64,000 nt of DNA, taken from positions 6,118,778 through 6,182,777 of the forward strand of contig NC_134030.1 of NCBI RefSeq assembly GCF_964204645.1. The letters are read 5' to 3'. How positions within the stretch are numbered: position 1 is the first letter of the stretch; every line of letters starts with the position of its first letter. This DNA is from Tubulanus polymorphus. Taxonomy: Eukaryota > Animalia > Nemertea. Below, one piece after another: positions 37,784 to 63,200 of this stretch. A program made the translations under genes and the position numbers. Below the pieces are notes generated by a model. The model was not told the DNA's origin, did not search any database, and saw only the letters and a list, made by a program, of their open reading frames with translations.

Positions 37784-40700
37784 CTAAACTTCATCGACTG
37801 TTTTCTCCTCAGACTGTTCCTCATTCACCGACTGTTGACTGTTGGCAGACGTCCATTTGAAATTGTAACCATTTTCTAATTCTTGTTGTCGTTTCAGCTC
37901 TTCCGCTTCATCTTGGTTGCCGCCCTGACAATTGAATATAAGACAATCGAATCACTTTCAAACTATAATGATTAATTCCTGAAAGTCTATATACGACATA
38001 TTCTGTATACTGTTGAGCGTTATCTATCTATGGTTGTTATTTTGTGGCTACTGGACGACGTCACTGCAATCTTATAATCTGGGAATTTGTATAATTCAAT
38101 ACAATAAATCAGAGATTGAGATTTTTGGTCACTTGCTATATGGATTTAAACCAGTAAACTTGTATTGCCGTTATATGTGGAGATTGAAATTAAAGTTATT
38201 CTCTTATTTAGATAGTTTACATGAATTATACGAATTCAATTTTCTATTTGTTTGTAATTAATCGGGCATCCATCTTTGTGACGTTTTAGATAAATGACAG
38301 TAATGATTTCGCCTCGGAACATGAATTCTTCGTATTGATTGAATCTTCATGCAAACCGATGAACAGTTTTTAAAGGTTAAGCCATGAAAAACTTACCAGG
38401 ATCGAAATGATCATTTTATTCAATGCGAGCGAATCGTCGTCGGTGAAAGAGGTGAGTTTATCGTGACCGGCTGGTAGAGTGGAAATCACTTTAATCTGTA
38501 TGTTTTGATCTGTAGACGATAAATTGACAGGATTACATTCATTTCAATATTTTCGAATGAAAAGTCGAGAAGTTATACAATATCCGTGTAAGTGTAGGAT
38601 ACAAGAGGAATCCCAAAATAATTCAGCCAAAGCTTGTGAGTACAAGGCTTATATATTGAGGAACATTTCGGCTTAAGACCATTATTAGGCTTTTGGCTGA
38701 ATCATTGTGGCATTATTTATTGTATATTTTCTAATGAAACTACTGCAGATGAGACTGACTTGCGTTGAATCCAGCTTTTTTCAGTTCCTCTCTAACCGAT
38801 GATTCTAGGCGTTTCCGTTGCTCTTCCTCAATTTCTACATCACCGCCACTGCCGGGAGAACCGTCCGCCTTCGTCGTATCCCGCTGCGGAGCGTCTGGAT
38901 CGGTGTGCTTGATTTTCATCACGCGAACTTTGATCAAATTTGATGAATCTGTAGAAAAGGAAAATATACAAACTTCGTTTTCTGAGACAAAGATTTCAAA
39001 ATTCCTTCACCGGAATGAACTGAAATCAACTGACCGTCCGGATTTGTTAAACTATCTCCATCGACATCTGCGCCATCTGTTGGTGTTATCTGCTGCTGAT
39101 CACCTGATCCTGGTTCAATCTCACTACCACCAGCAGGGGGCGTTGGTTTATCTAATGCATCCTCATCACCCTCAACACTCGGTGGATGAATCCTATGCAA
39201 GGCACTTCTTAATTTTTCGTCAATTTCTTCCAATTCTGCACAACAACAACCAATTGATATAACACATTATCAATATTTCCTTGAGACTTACTATGATCGG
39301 ATCAACAAGAGAATGAATACAAACCTTGGTTTGATCTTTCTAGTTTAACTAATAAGTCGCTTAGAGATGACGCGAGTTGTTTCAACGATTCTTTCTTATC
39401 GAGTAATTCTGGATTGTTTATTCCCTCGACCGCCATCTGGTCTTCAACTTCTTTCATTATATCTCGAAACTGAGCGGTCATCGTGTCTCTCAATTTCGTT
39501 TTCATCATTTCCATTGATTTGTCATCTCGTTTCATCATACTTTCCATACTTTCCTTCAATTCTATCATTAATACGAATGAAACAACATCAACGTTTAAGT
39601 CGTAAAATTTGCTCTATCTAAGCGATGCAAGTTCCACTTACCTCTAGAAAACTGTTTGTCCGATTCATCAACATCTAATTTCTCCGATTCAGAAACCGAC
39701 CGCGAAGACTCTCCCTCTATAGATTCTTTAAGCGAATCTCCAGCTGGTAGCGAATCATCACCTTCAGGTTGCCGAGTTTGCTCACTTTTCTTACTGGATT
39801 TCGATTCTGTTTCGGCATGTGAAATGTCTTCCGCTATCTTCTGCTTTTTTCGTTCTAACGCGGCCTCTTCCTCTTTCTCAAGTAATCGTTTTCTTTTCGC
39901 GATCGTCTCGCGAACTTCTTTCATATAACTGTGCAATTCTTCCGGCGTTCGAATAGTCTTCATTTCAATTTTCACCTTACTCTCGGAATCCTTGTCGGCC
40001 AAGTCTTCTAACTTCTGTTCGGAAGATTCATCCGGAGAAGCACCCGCTGAAAAAGTAGATTCAGGTCAAGGTCCTGCTTCCTTCATTTGACAATTAGCCT
40101 CAGACACTCACCATTTTTCAGTTTCATGGTCTCTTTCAAGCCTTGTTTCAAGCTATGTATCATCGAATCTTTGATATTCTTGTACGGATCCCCAGCATCT
40201 TTTTGATTCTCTTCCATCAACTTCACCCGAGCCTCGTTTGCTTCTAAACCAAAGTTTGATAAAATCGAAAGAGTTTTCCTAAATTCTGAATTTCTAAGGA
40301 ACTGGGTTATATTAGGAACCTGTTATGGAATAGAACTTTAACACTTTGAGCCAATAAAACCTTTTCTTTATTGAGTTAACCCCAGGGTCCCAGTTGCAGA
40401 GTTTTGACTGGAGTCCCAAAGTGGTCATAAATTGTAAAGTTGTTAGATTGATTATAAAACTAACTAAGATGGTCTTAGACTGGTTAATCTAAGCCATGAC
40501 TGTGCCAGTGGCCCTTGGGTTAGTAAAACTAGTCCATATAAATTTTCCCCCACTTCAAATAACCAGAAATTCACCTTTTAAATACTTGTATTTAGCTTCT
40601 CTTAGCTGTTCCATGCGAATTCTTTCAGCTACAGTAGAAATTAACACGTTTTGACGATTTTGAATCCTTATTTTGTTTATTGAAAAATTATAAGCTTCGG

Positions 40701-42756
40701 TTTAGAACTTACCCTCTTTCGCTTTGAGATATTGCTCATATTGCTCGTGTTCTAACATCGGATTACACGTGATGACGAGAACTTTTTTCGTTTTCGATGG
40801 TTTCAAGTACGGATGATGACAGATTTTGGTGGTATGAACGGTGAGGACGTATCCACACGACTCGGGTTCCACTATACTAGCAATATGATCACCTATTCCT
40901 TCCTCGCATTCAAACTATAAAACAATTCCAATAACCGGCCTAATGATGGAATTGAGAAACACACAAATAAATTTGAAATATTACTCGTCGATGAGTTCGT
41001 ACATACCCTGACTTCAGTTCTGCGCGGTTTGCTGTTCAAATCACACATAGAACCATTTACATACTGCTGGCTGTGATAACGATTTAAACGTTCTTTCTTT
41101 TCCTGAAAAATATACACGAAACAACTATCACAAATGAAGACTGAAAAGAACCTAAACAGGAGCTCGTTCTACAGTTCTAAACTGAGTTCAAAAAAGCCGA
41201 CTCATACACAGTAAAGTACATAGCCTATGCAGCGAGTGCTTTAGTGGTTGACAGGAATCAAAAGGCTGTTTCTTGAATGAGGGCCTGAACCCATGGGTCA
41301 ATGAGGAATTAATTTTGTACTAGTAGTCTAATAGTAGAAATGCTCAGCTCTCACCTTGGCAGATTCATCATTATTCCAATCATATTCCGACTCATAAACA
41401 CCGAGTTTGATTATCTGTCCACTCGGTCGTCCATCTAAAACAATAATAATTAAATACAATAATAGCCTCATGATTTACTTCTATCATAGGCCTAATACAT
41501 AATTGTAAGGCCTACTGTTGTGTTGGGTCACCATCTTAGCAAAACTTTACCTTCTAGATGATATTGTTGAACATATCGCCCATAACAGAATTCATACGTC
41601 CACCAGTCTTTTGTCTAAATAAAAACATGCGAAAAAATTACTTTAAGGTAATCCCCACTAGATCTAATTCCTTCCTTAAATATCATTTATCATCATTTTC
41701 ATCCAGGCTTGTTAGTCACTATATAGCTAAATAAAGATGCTTCAGAACTAATGAGACCTTCTAAAATTTGGTTGAAAGAATTGACAAAAATTCCAGTTTT
41801 ACATTAACTTAAGCAATTAACTTACAAATATTAAACAAGGGCCTTGTTCTAATGGTTTCAGTAAGTCTGGTATTCCGAGTTCTTGCGCCAGTTTTTCCTC
41901 TTCTTTCTCTTTTAAATCATTCGTACCCGAATTCGGTAAAATGCATCGGTATTGCTGTCCGTGTTTGGAGGACAACGCAAGTACATCAGGAGAACCTAAT
42001 GGTACCTGAATCAAAATATATCATATCATATCATAGTTAGTCTATATAAGCCCAGCCTGTTCCGGAAACAACCGAAGATCATCTGGTATCCTGACTCTAA
42101 TGCAGTCTAATAGTAATATCATAAATGCGCAGTCATCGTGCCTGTGATAAATGACATCAGTCAGCTTCTGTTGGGGCTATTTCAGTGCATCTTTTAGGTT
42201 ATCATTTTGTCATTAGGGACGAGTTTCAGTATCAATAAAATATCCACTTTCTATCAAAAACTCTCTTACCACAGGGGCCCGACACACAAGGTTTTTGACC
42301 CCAGTATCCTGTGGTACTATAAAAAGACTTTTTTAGATATAGTAGTACCACCAGGATACTGGGGGTCAAAAGCCTTTTGTGTCAGGCCCCTGTCTGTCTC
42401 CAAGTCTAACCGATAAAGCTAAATGCACCTTTACCTTTCCGCTATGTGGTGCTAGTGTTATCGAGGATTTGGGTCATGTTTAGGCTAGGAACATGAACAT
42501 GGGATACAAAGTGCAGCAAATGGACTTCAATAACAGTGTAATAAACTTCAATTTGTTTTGTATTGAATATTTTGACATAAACCAGGAAGTAAATAAGTCA
42601 GAGAGAATTAATGTCTACCTGAGATGAATCGACTGGAACCTTTAACAATTCTATTCCATATTTTAAGTTCTTCAATTCTTCTATGTCCAGAAAGGCGAAA
42701 GACGTGGGAATATCGACTAGAAATAACAAAAACACCGCTAGTCTAGGACACATCAT
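37784..42756 (-). CDS. OS9: Protein OS-9, ER lectin (MRH/PRKCSH domain)
   Basis: MMCPRLAVFLLFLVDIPTSFAFLDIEELKNLKYGIELL (signal peptide plus the OS-9 LEEL..YGIE motif), then SSKHGQQYRCILP, PCLIFTKDWWTYEFCYG, YHSQQYVNGSMCDLNSKPRRTEVRFEC and EPESCGYVLTVHTTKICHHP. Acidic/coiled C-terminal exons end at TAG 37784-37786. Confidence 0.92.
42272..42392. mobile_element. Fold-back palindromic MITE in OS9 intron 1
   Basis: CAGGGGCCCGACACACAAGG..CCCCAGTATCCTG / CAGGATACTGGGG..CCTTTTGTGTCAGGCCCCTG. Confidence 0.65.
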
Positions 42757-42819
42757 GCTAAACTTATCTTTAGTTTCGCTGGAGGCCGCAGAGTGGTGCT
42801 GTCAACTAAGATCGCAGAG

Positions 42820-42830
42820 GGTTCGAATCC
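42820..42830 (+). promoter_or_regulatory. Isolated perfect Pol III B-box (GGTTCGAATCC) just upstream of the OS9 ATG
   Basis: Exact consensus with an A-box-like GGCCGCAGAGTGG at ~42784-42796. No cloverleaf can be folded. Confidence 0.45.
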
Positions 42831-45753
42831 TGATAATTCCTGCGGCAACTTGAGAGAAGTCGAATCCACACCTATTAAAACAGTGTTCTTGGGGCCCAAG
42901 TTCTTTTTAAGTCAGTTCCAGAGTTGTTGGTTAAACAGATAATTAGTTATTGAACAGAACTCAATCACTTCATAGTCAAATTCTGACCACCTTAGATAGA
43001 TCAATCCACCAAGAGACAAGAATCCTTGCGAAAAAAAAGACAACTTGCAATGTTGTGAATATGTTTTTCTTTTTAATATATAAATGCAACATGTTCGTAT
43101 AACATTTATTTAGAGTACCTTTCATTTATAATGAAGCAAGCACCGGAACCTGTCAGAACACAAATGTATCATAACTGCACTAATTCTACTATACAAAATG
43201 ATCAAGGATAGAGAAATGGCAACCTTCTCTATGGGTGAGAGATCCCGGTTATCAGTTACTGATAGTTTTCTCTAAAACTCAAGAATTATCGTCATTAAGC
43301 ACACGCGATTATCAGACCCTAAAGGGGTTTATATGAATTCTACCCTGTTTTACTCCATATCAAGTCAAAACAGCAAAGAACCAACATATAGAAGCTAACT
43401 GGGGACGCGAATTAGAGCCAAATGATGAAAAATTATCTCAATCAACTGTCCTTAGTACCGGTAGTTGTTTAAAGCAAACCAGCCTCTACTTATAATTGCT
43501 ACTCTTTGGTAGACTTTTACTATGAAAGATAACTGCCTCCTGAACCACCTCCCTACAATATCATGAACTTGCTTACTAGTGATCAGATCTACATACTCTT
43601 TCAGAAAATATGGCTGAAAAGATGCGATCAATCAGATGATATTGTAGATTTTTGATATTGGAGACCATCTTTTATGGAAAGGTCCACCAGTTATGCCGGT
43701 CTCAGTCTCTCGAAGGTTCAAGTAATTGAAATAATTTCTTCATGAATTCAATTTCCATATTGTAAACTCAGATTTTTCTGTTTTTTTGTAAAACCTACTG
43801 CTCATCCATAGTGGAGACCGAAAGTCTTTAGACTGTAAACCTACGAGTTTCAAGCCCATTGCAAATGACACATATCTACAGAACAGCAGAATAATCACCT
43901 TTGCAAGCTTCGTTAATTAGATTCAACTGTTTTAGACAATTCCAATTGTAGTTCAACAAAGATATACAAAAGAAAGAAAAACCAATCGTATTCAGCTCGC
44001 AGCGCAGAGTAGGGCTGAGCCGACACAAGATTCCTGCTGTATACAGTTTGTAACAAAATGAGCATATTTCACTTATTTACGTACAAAATTCAATACACGC
44101 GCGTACAAACTTGACCGTATATGTATATGTATAGATGTATATACACACTAGGGGGCGTTGCTATACTGGTACTCTTCGCGTCGTCGATATTCGCAGAGAA
44201 CGGCGACCTAAAATTCACATCTGAACAAATGAACAAACAAACATCATCATATCACAATAATTTGAGAAATAAACTTCGCATTATATATAAAGAACCATTT
44301 TTTTCGTTTTTGTCTATACGTAAATAATCAAAAAATGTTAAGAACTACATACACACACACGCACGGCATAAATTCAAGAATATCGTTTCCCCTGGACATA
44401 ACATCTGACTAAGTACGAGGGAAAGTTTAAGTATAAAATATTTTTTTGATTAATGCAGATAGTTTTCTGCTGGGCTGTGGTGATCACTGATGATAATATT
44501 CTCATAAAAAGCGTACGATGGACAACAGACAGAAGGACATTTTGTATATATGTAGCAAATTTACTAAAAAGACTTCTTAATATATCATATATAAACGTAT
44601 TAGTGATTTCTCTAAAATTTCATCTTTGTAAAGCAATTTTTGTTCTTCTAAGAAAGCAGATTTTTTTTTTAGATTAAACAATCTGGCCGTTAAGTCCTTT
44701 TGATGAAAATACTCCCAAGAACATCAAAACATACAGATCAAAGTTCGATCTTTTGTTTGATCTGATACTCGTGAAAACGGAAAAATTTTTTACCCCCCCC
44801 CCCCCCCCCCGCGATTCAACGTTCTTTGTGGCATCAGTCGCTTCAGAAAAACAACGAACTCATAAAAATAATTCTTCAAAGACGTCCAAACAAATCGATT
44901 CAGTCAGATAGAACAGCTTACAGTTTAAAAAAAAAAATCACTAATCCTACAACAAATTCATATGATCATGTTACAGTATACCAGCAATAATCGTAGTCAA
45001 ATATTCAACAAATTTTACGATGAAATCAGTTTATAGTAATAACAAATTATTTTCTCGTTCAGATTTTTGACAGATTTTGCACAATATTCAACTGTTTTTC
45101 TGACTTATAACACACACACATATATAAAATATGCAGTGCAGTAAATAAGAGTATTCCACTGTATGCATTTATCCAATGATCAGTCTACCTAAAAACTATC
45201 ATCAGCGCAATATATTCACAAACAGGGAAGCATGTCCCCTATCCAGGGGTAGCCCGGACCAGAGGCAAATATTTATAAAATATTTCGCCCGATGATGGCC
45301 ACCATCGTGGGTTAAAGCATTCACACAGAATATAAATTCATGACGACCTGAGGCGAACAGCTGGCCCCGGTCTGGACTTATCGAATTGTCCCGGATCAAT
45401 TCCAATCATGAGGTAAGTAAGCCGGGGTGAGGAGAATTACCTATGTATATAATAACATGTTTGTGACTGTTCAGAAGTGGCCAGATTGAACTACTACGCT
45501 TATCAAACATACAACAAAATACTTCAAGCATACCCAGTAATCGGCCTAAAGCTTTCATTACTCATCGCAGATATAAATTACTACACTACAATATTACAAG
45601 TTATTATTATCATTATTATTATTAATCATCATTTATTCAATTATATATATATATATATATATCATCTTCTTAAATAACTATAAACAACATGAGTAATAGT
45701 CAGTTTTCGGTATGAACGAACGCTATCTCATATGAAGTTACGGTTTGTGGAAC

Positions 45754-58036
<12,283 letters not shown>

Positions 58037-58307
58037 CGTGGCGCTTGAGTAGTTACTTCAAGCTGAAAATATACAATTTGTCAATTTTACAAAAAAACCT
58101 TCCACCTACCAAAAAAGAACAGCTTCACAAAATATAATCCACATTTATAAATAAGCTCGTGAACATCTTTTTCACATAATTAATTTTCATCCTAAAATCA
58201 TTTTCAAAAGAATTGTTTTCTTCTGTCAATCTTTAATAGCAAAAATACATTAGATTTACTGCTTCTTATAGCAGTAAGTCTGACTTAATCTCTTCCGCCT
58301 GCTTGTA

Positions 58308-58800
58308 CCAGTTTGCAGACAATGTCTGAGAACTCTGAGAGTGGTACATGTCTCTATCACGTTCACCAGTTTCCAGACAGAGTTTGAGAACTCTTGACAG
58401 TTGTACATGTCTCTACCGGGTTCTCCAGTTTCCAGACAAGAGTTTGAGAACTCTTGACAGTTGTACATGTCTCTACCGGGTTCTCCAGTTTCCAGACAGA
58501 GTTTGAGAACTCTTGACAGTTGTACATGTCTCTACCGGGTTCACCAGTTTCCAGACAGAGTTTGAGAACTCTTGACAGTTGTACATGTCTCTACCGGGTT
58601 CTCCAGTTTCCAGACAGAGTTTGAGAACTCTTGACAGTTGTACATGTCTCCACGTTCACCAGTTTGCAGTCAATGTCTGAGAACTCTGAGAGTGGTACAT
58701 GTCTCCACGTTCACCAGTTTCCAGACAGAGTTTGAGAACTCTGACAGTTGTACACGTCTCTACCGCGTTCACCAGTTTCTGGACACCAACTTCACCAGTT
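58308..58800. repeat. ~59-bp minisatellite, about 8 copies
   Basis: Unit CCAGTTTCCAGACAGAGTTTGAGAACTCTTGACAGTTGTACATGTCTCTACCGGGTTCT in tandem. Confidence 0.95.
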
Positions 58801-59229
58801 CGCGTATTCTAGATAGATAATCATTGATGATGACACAGAAATTGCTGTTGGCCTCTGTTTACTATAAAGAAGTTTAAAAACACGTCGGCAGGATTGTGTG
58901 TAGTAGTAGAATGCGATCACCGACAAAAACCGAAGAAATAAGAGAATTGATTTGCTCGGAGCGATCGTAATGAATATACACTGTGACTGAGAATGGTGAT
59001 CGATTGAGCTGTAGAACCTCAGGGTTCTTCAAATCAGTTGAAATGCATATATGTACGCACACGCACGCGTGGTATATTCTATCTGATAGGCTAAAACAAA
59101 GCTAAACCGTGAAAAAGAGGGCGACGAAAGGAATAAATATTGTTGGAGAGAATAAAAGCATAACATGATGCGCCACCAACAGAGATAAAATCCGCCAGAA
59201 ATTACATTTGTAATGATGCACGGTACTTA

Positions 59230-59445
59230 CGGGTTCCCGATTTCATTTTCAATAACTTTTCCATACCCAGATTAAAGCATAAAGCCTAAAATTCAAAAAA
59301 CACCGAAGGAAAATTTTATTTTGAGACCATTTTCAGATTTTCCATAGCCATAGACAAAAAAAACAAAATTTCCATAGCTTTTACAGGACAAAAATTCCCA
59401 TTTTCCAAAACTATCGAAGACTTTCCGAAACCCATAAGAACCCTG
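59230..59445. mobile_element. Degenerate MITE, (CA)GGGTTC-TIR type
   Basis: CGGGTTCC...GAACCCTG with TTTTCCATA subrepeats. Confidence 0.5.
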
Positions 59446-59995
59446 AGGATGTACTTTCAAGACTAGACACTGAATGCTGACTTAGTGTCTAATACAAGGA
59501 TCCAATGGATCAGCGATCATTAAATCCGTAAAGTGACCCGCCAGACAATCAGGTCTCATCAATTTTATCCATCTTTTAATCAGAATCGTTCTGGTGAAGA
59601 CGAACACCAATAAATACCCGACTCATCGAGACGTTTTAACAAAAGAACTGCAGTCATCGTAACCGAAAAAATGCTAATCCAGTCAGTACATCTGGATTGA
59701 TTGAAAAAGCACTTTAAAAAGGTTGACAGTAGACACCACTAATAATTCTGATTGGGAGCGAGTGGAACACAGCAGACTTCTCGGCCGTATACCATCAGCT
59801 AAGCCTTCATCTTTCTGATCATTTTCAGATTCGGAAGCCTAAAAACTGACTGAAAAAAATAGGCTTTTCGGACTATTGGCACTAATCTGTGATTGATTTA
59901 GGTAATACAAAATATTTGGGCCTGAGGATATTCAATAGGAGAGACAGATCATTAACCTAGGAATGGATTGAGATAACCTTGATTAACATCACTGA

Positions 59996-60013
59996 CAGCA
60001 GTAGCAGCAGCAT

Positions 60014-60049
<36 letters not shown>
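59996..60049. repeat. (CAG)n microsatellite, interrupted
   Basis: Directly visible. Confidence 0.95.
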
Positions 60050-60050
<1 letters not shown>

Positions 60051-60150
60051 GTGGCTATACTGCACACGTCTTTTGATACCATCGATCCAAAGATGCCCGG
60101 TTCCAAGAAAAATGCAATCCTATGAAATTTCCCAATGATATATCATCATC

Positions 60151-60152
60151 CA

Positions 60153-60201
<49 letters not shown>
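60151..60201. repeat. (CAG)n microsatellite
   Basis: Directly visible. Confidence 0.95.
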
Positions 60202-63200
60202 CGTATTAATTCATCAATTGACGTCAGTCGTTATTTGCGTTGACATGCACGAAGGTCAAATTCAAGGTCGACAAAACCTAGATTTCAACTAAGAGAGAGA
60301 AGAGAGTACACGGACGTAGATGAACTCCGGTAATAAACTGAAGTGCGCTCTTACAGCAACCGATGATGATGATGAGTGTGAGAGAGGAAACAGGCGGCTG
60401 AATGCTTAAGTGTTTAGAAGAGCGAAAATTTGATTCAAAAATGAAACATTAATCTCCAAATACGACAACAATGATCTACTTTCAAAATGGTCTTTAAATT
60501 CAAGACCGATCTTATGCCAACTTCTATTAGGCCTAGCACTTAGATCTATCATAACCACATAGGCCCCTATGATACTCGTCTAGATTTACTTGTCTATACT
60601 CGGATGTTTTAATTGCTAAATCTTTAAAACAGATTAAGTATAATTATATTGTATCACATCTCTTAGATAAGTAGAATAAAATGCCAATGCACAGACCTAG
60701 CGAGGGCCGTCTTTTTCATCTTAAAATAGGGATTGACCCTGTTATCTATTTGATTGGTAGATTTAGTGAGTCCCTTACAAACCCACCACACCTGCCGGGA
60801 GCGAAACAGGGGTTTGATTGGGCTGTTTTTAGCTCTAAGACGGCTCCGACGTGAAAAGAGAGAAAAGAGTGAAGGGAAAGAGAGCGAGAGAGAGAGAGGT
60901 AAGAAGAGAGATGAGAGGAGAAACAGATATTATACTGACGTCATATTTCCCACAGTGAGAACAGCCTGTAACCAACTACTATTGATCCAAGCATCTATCC
61001 AACCAATATACACATCGTATTAACGTTTATTTAGTAAATAAACGCTATAAAGAATATATGAGAAAACAGCGCCAACACACACACACACACACACAGATAT
61101 ATGGATTATATTTCTGTCAATTACGTCAGTTCATATTCCGATGATTTACTTAGTTTATATTTTCCTACACGAATCGAGAATACGTACAAGAAAATGAAAT
61201 ACGCAGAAATTGAGGTTTGGGGAAAGGGGTTAGAGAGGGGATCTGGTGATAAAGGTAATGACGTAATCAGCGTTCTCCATATCCTGGATTTTCAAAGGGG
61301 CTGCATTCATAGTTAAGTGTAATATAGTATGACATTGAGGCTGCTCAAGTAGCAAGGCTTCCGATCCCCCAGAAAATACAGAAAATTAAACTACATTTCA
61401 TTTCAGTGTAATCATCTATTTTTCACCTAAGCCTAATACATTTCAAAGCATTTATCAGCATTGATAGAATATTGACATCCATCCTGGTGGGGGCTGCAGA
61501 TATTTCATAAGATGTTGCTGATTTTCAAAGGGGTAGATGTAAAAATGAAAGGGAAGGCCGCCCCTCTTAAACCTGTTGCGGAGAACACGGCCTCCAATTA
61601 CCTGGTAATAACTGGCAGTCGCGGGTGACCCGATAATCGGGTTCAAAACCATGTGAACCCTAAGAAATATAGCAATACTACATTAGAAGACGATCAGAAG
61701 TGAAAAACATGAAATTGGAATAGATTCGAGCCCCGCTAACATCTGTACTATATAAGGTAAAAATGAAACTGAAATCTTACTAAATATTGAAACGATTTTC
61801 TTCAGCGCTAATGTCTTATACAGAGGCAACACGTGACAGCCACGATCTCGCGGCAATCTTTAAAACAGCATCACATCCAATAGGCCTAGCCCCTTTTACT
61901 GATTTACTCACATGTTGTTATCTATGATCGATATATATTATGATATGTATCCATCATTTATCCCCTTCACCGCTCTGAATGCCTCTGTTCGTTCTGTTCT
62001 TTCTCTCTCATACAGGTCCGCTCACAGCCAACGCACTGATTTCGTTTTAGATCAAGGCTGGTCGGTGATAGTTATATCACGTTCTGCTCGTCACTGTGTC
62101 GCGGACGCCGCTACCGCTGCTGCTGCTGTTCTCAGTAGATTTCTCCTCGCAGCGTGTGAATGCATGTCGCATGAGTAGTGCACTGTGCCAGTAGGAGACG
62201 CATAACTACCCCAGTTACCATAGTAACCGAGAACAAACTAAATCCGTACTCCAGGAAATGCGATAGTCTTCGAGAAAACTGACGATTCTCCTCTTTATCG
62301 TCGTCGGCGGAAACAGCGATCGGCGATGGCGACCGTTTATTAAACGAAAAATTTCGCCGAGTATAAAACGACTTAGAGCGAAAATCAAACCCGAAATTTC
62401 ACTAGACCGGATTTCTTCGGGTTTTTAGCGAGACGATGCTCTCCGTTTAACCAAATTAAGGAGAAAAGGTTTATAATCGAAAAATATCACGCAAAACGAT
62501 AAAACAACCGAGTTACCTGGCAGCATCGCAACGAATGAGTCATCATTGTGACAAGTTTCCGTGTAGGTGTATACGCGCGCACGTCGATTACACCACCCTT
62601 GAGAGGCCACCAAACGCTAAACTACCCACATTTAACTCGTATAATTTAGTAAATAAAGCTACTGGAACGTATTTCGTTTTCGACATTATCATCGCCCCGA
62701 AGATATTCGCCCGCACTTGATTAATTTTTCATGCATACGATATTTGTTTATTACGGAAATCCCTTTAATCGGGGAATGTTCAATTCTCTCCCACACTACG
62801 TACCGGTTAACAATAGACAGACAGCACCGCGCATTTCCACGAAATCGCTAAGCTTCGGCAATAAAGAAAATGACTTGCCGAGAGTGAACTTATCATCCAT
62901 TAACGAAACCCACAATATTCTACATACACGGTGGTAGATCGTTGTTGTTTTTTCTTCTCTGAATGAATCATAGTTTTGATGATTATGATATAGAAACATC
63001 ACGCCTGACGGCTGGACGCAAAAGTAATAACTTTCACCAAATTGATATTGAAAAAAAAAAGAGAAGAATTTCATCCCACGACGTTGGATGAGTGTATTTA
63101 ATGAAGACCGAAAGTTCGCATGAGATTAGAGAACGTGTGCGGTGAAGATGTGGGGGTTGAAATCAACGAGTAGGCGTAGTTGAACAGATAATTATCCCGC

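Noticed and set aside
42778-42845. Second tRNA gene
   Set aside because: A B-box is present, but acceptor, D and anticodon stems cannot be formed.
42757-43100. ERSE/UPRE elements in the OS9 promoter
   Set aside because: No CCAAT-N9-CCACG or TGACGTGG match seen.
58256-58820. CRISPR-like array or repeat-protein ORFs
   Set aside because: The units are contiguous with no unique spacers and no cas genes, in a eukaryotic intron; the ORFs are by-products of the minisatellite.
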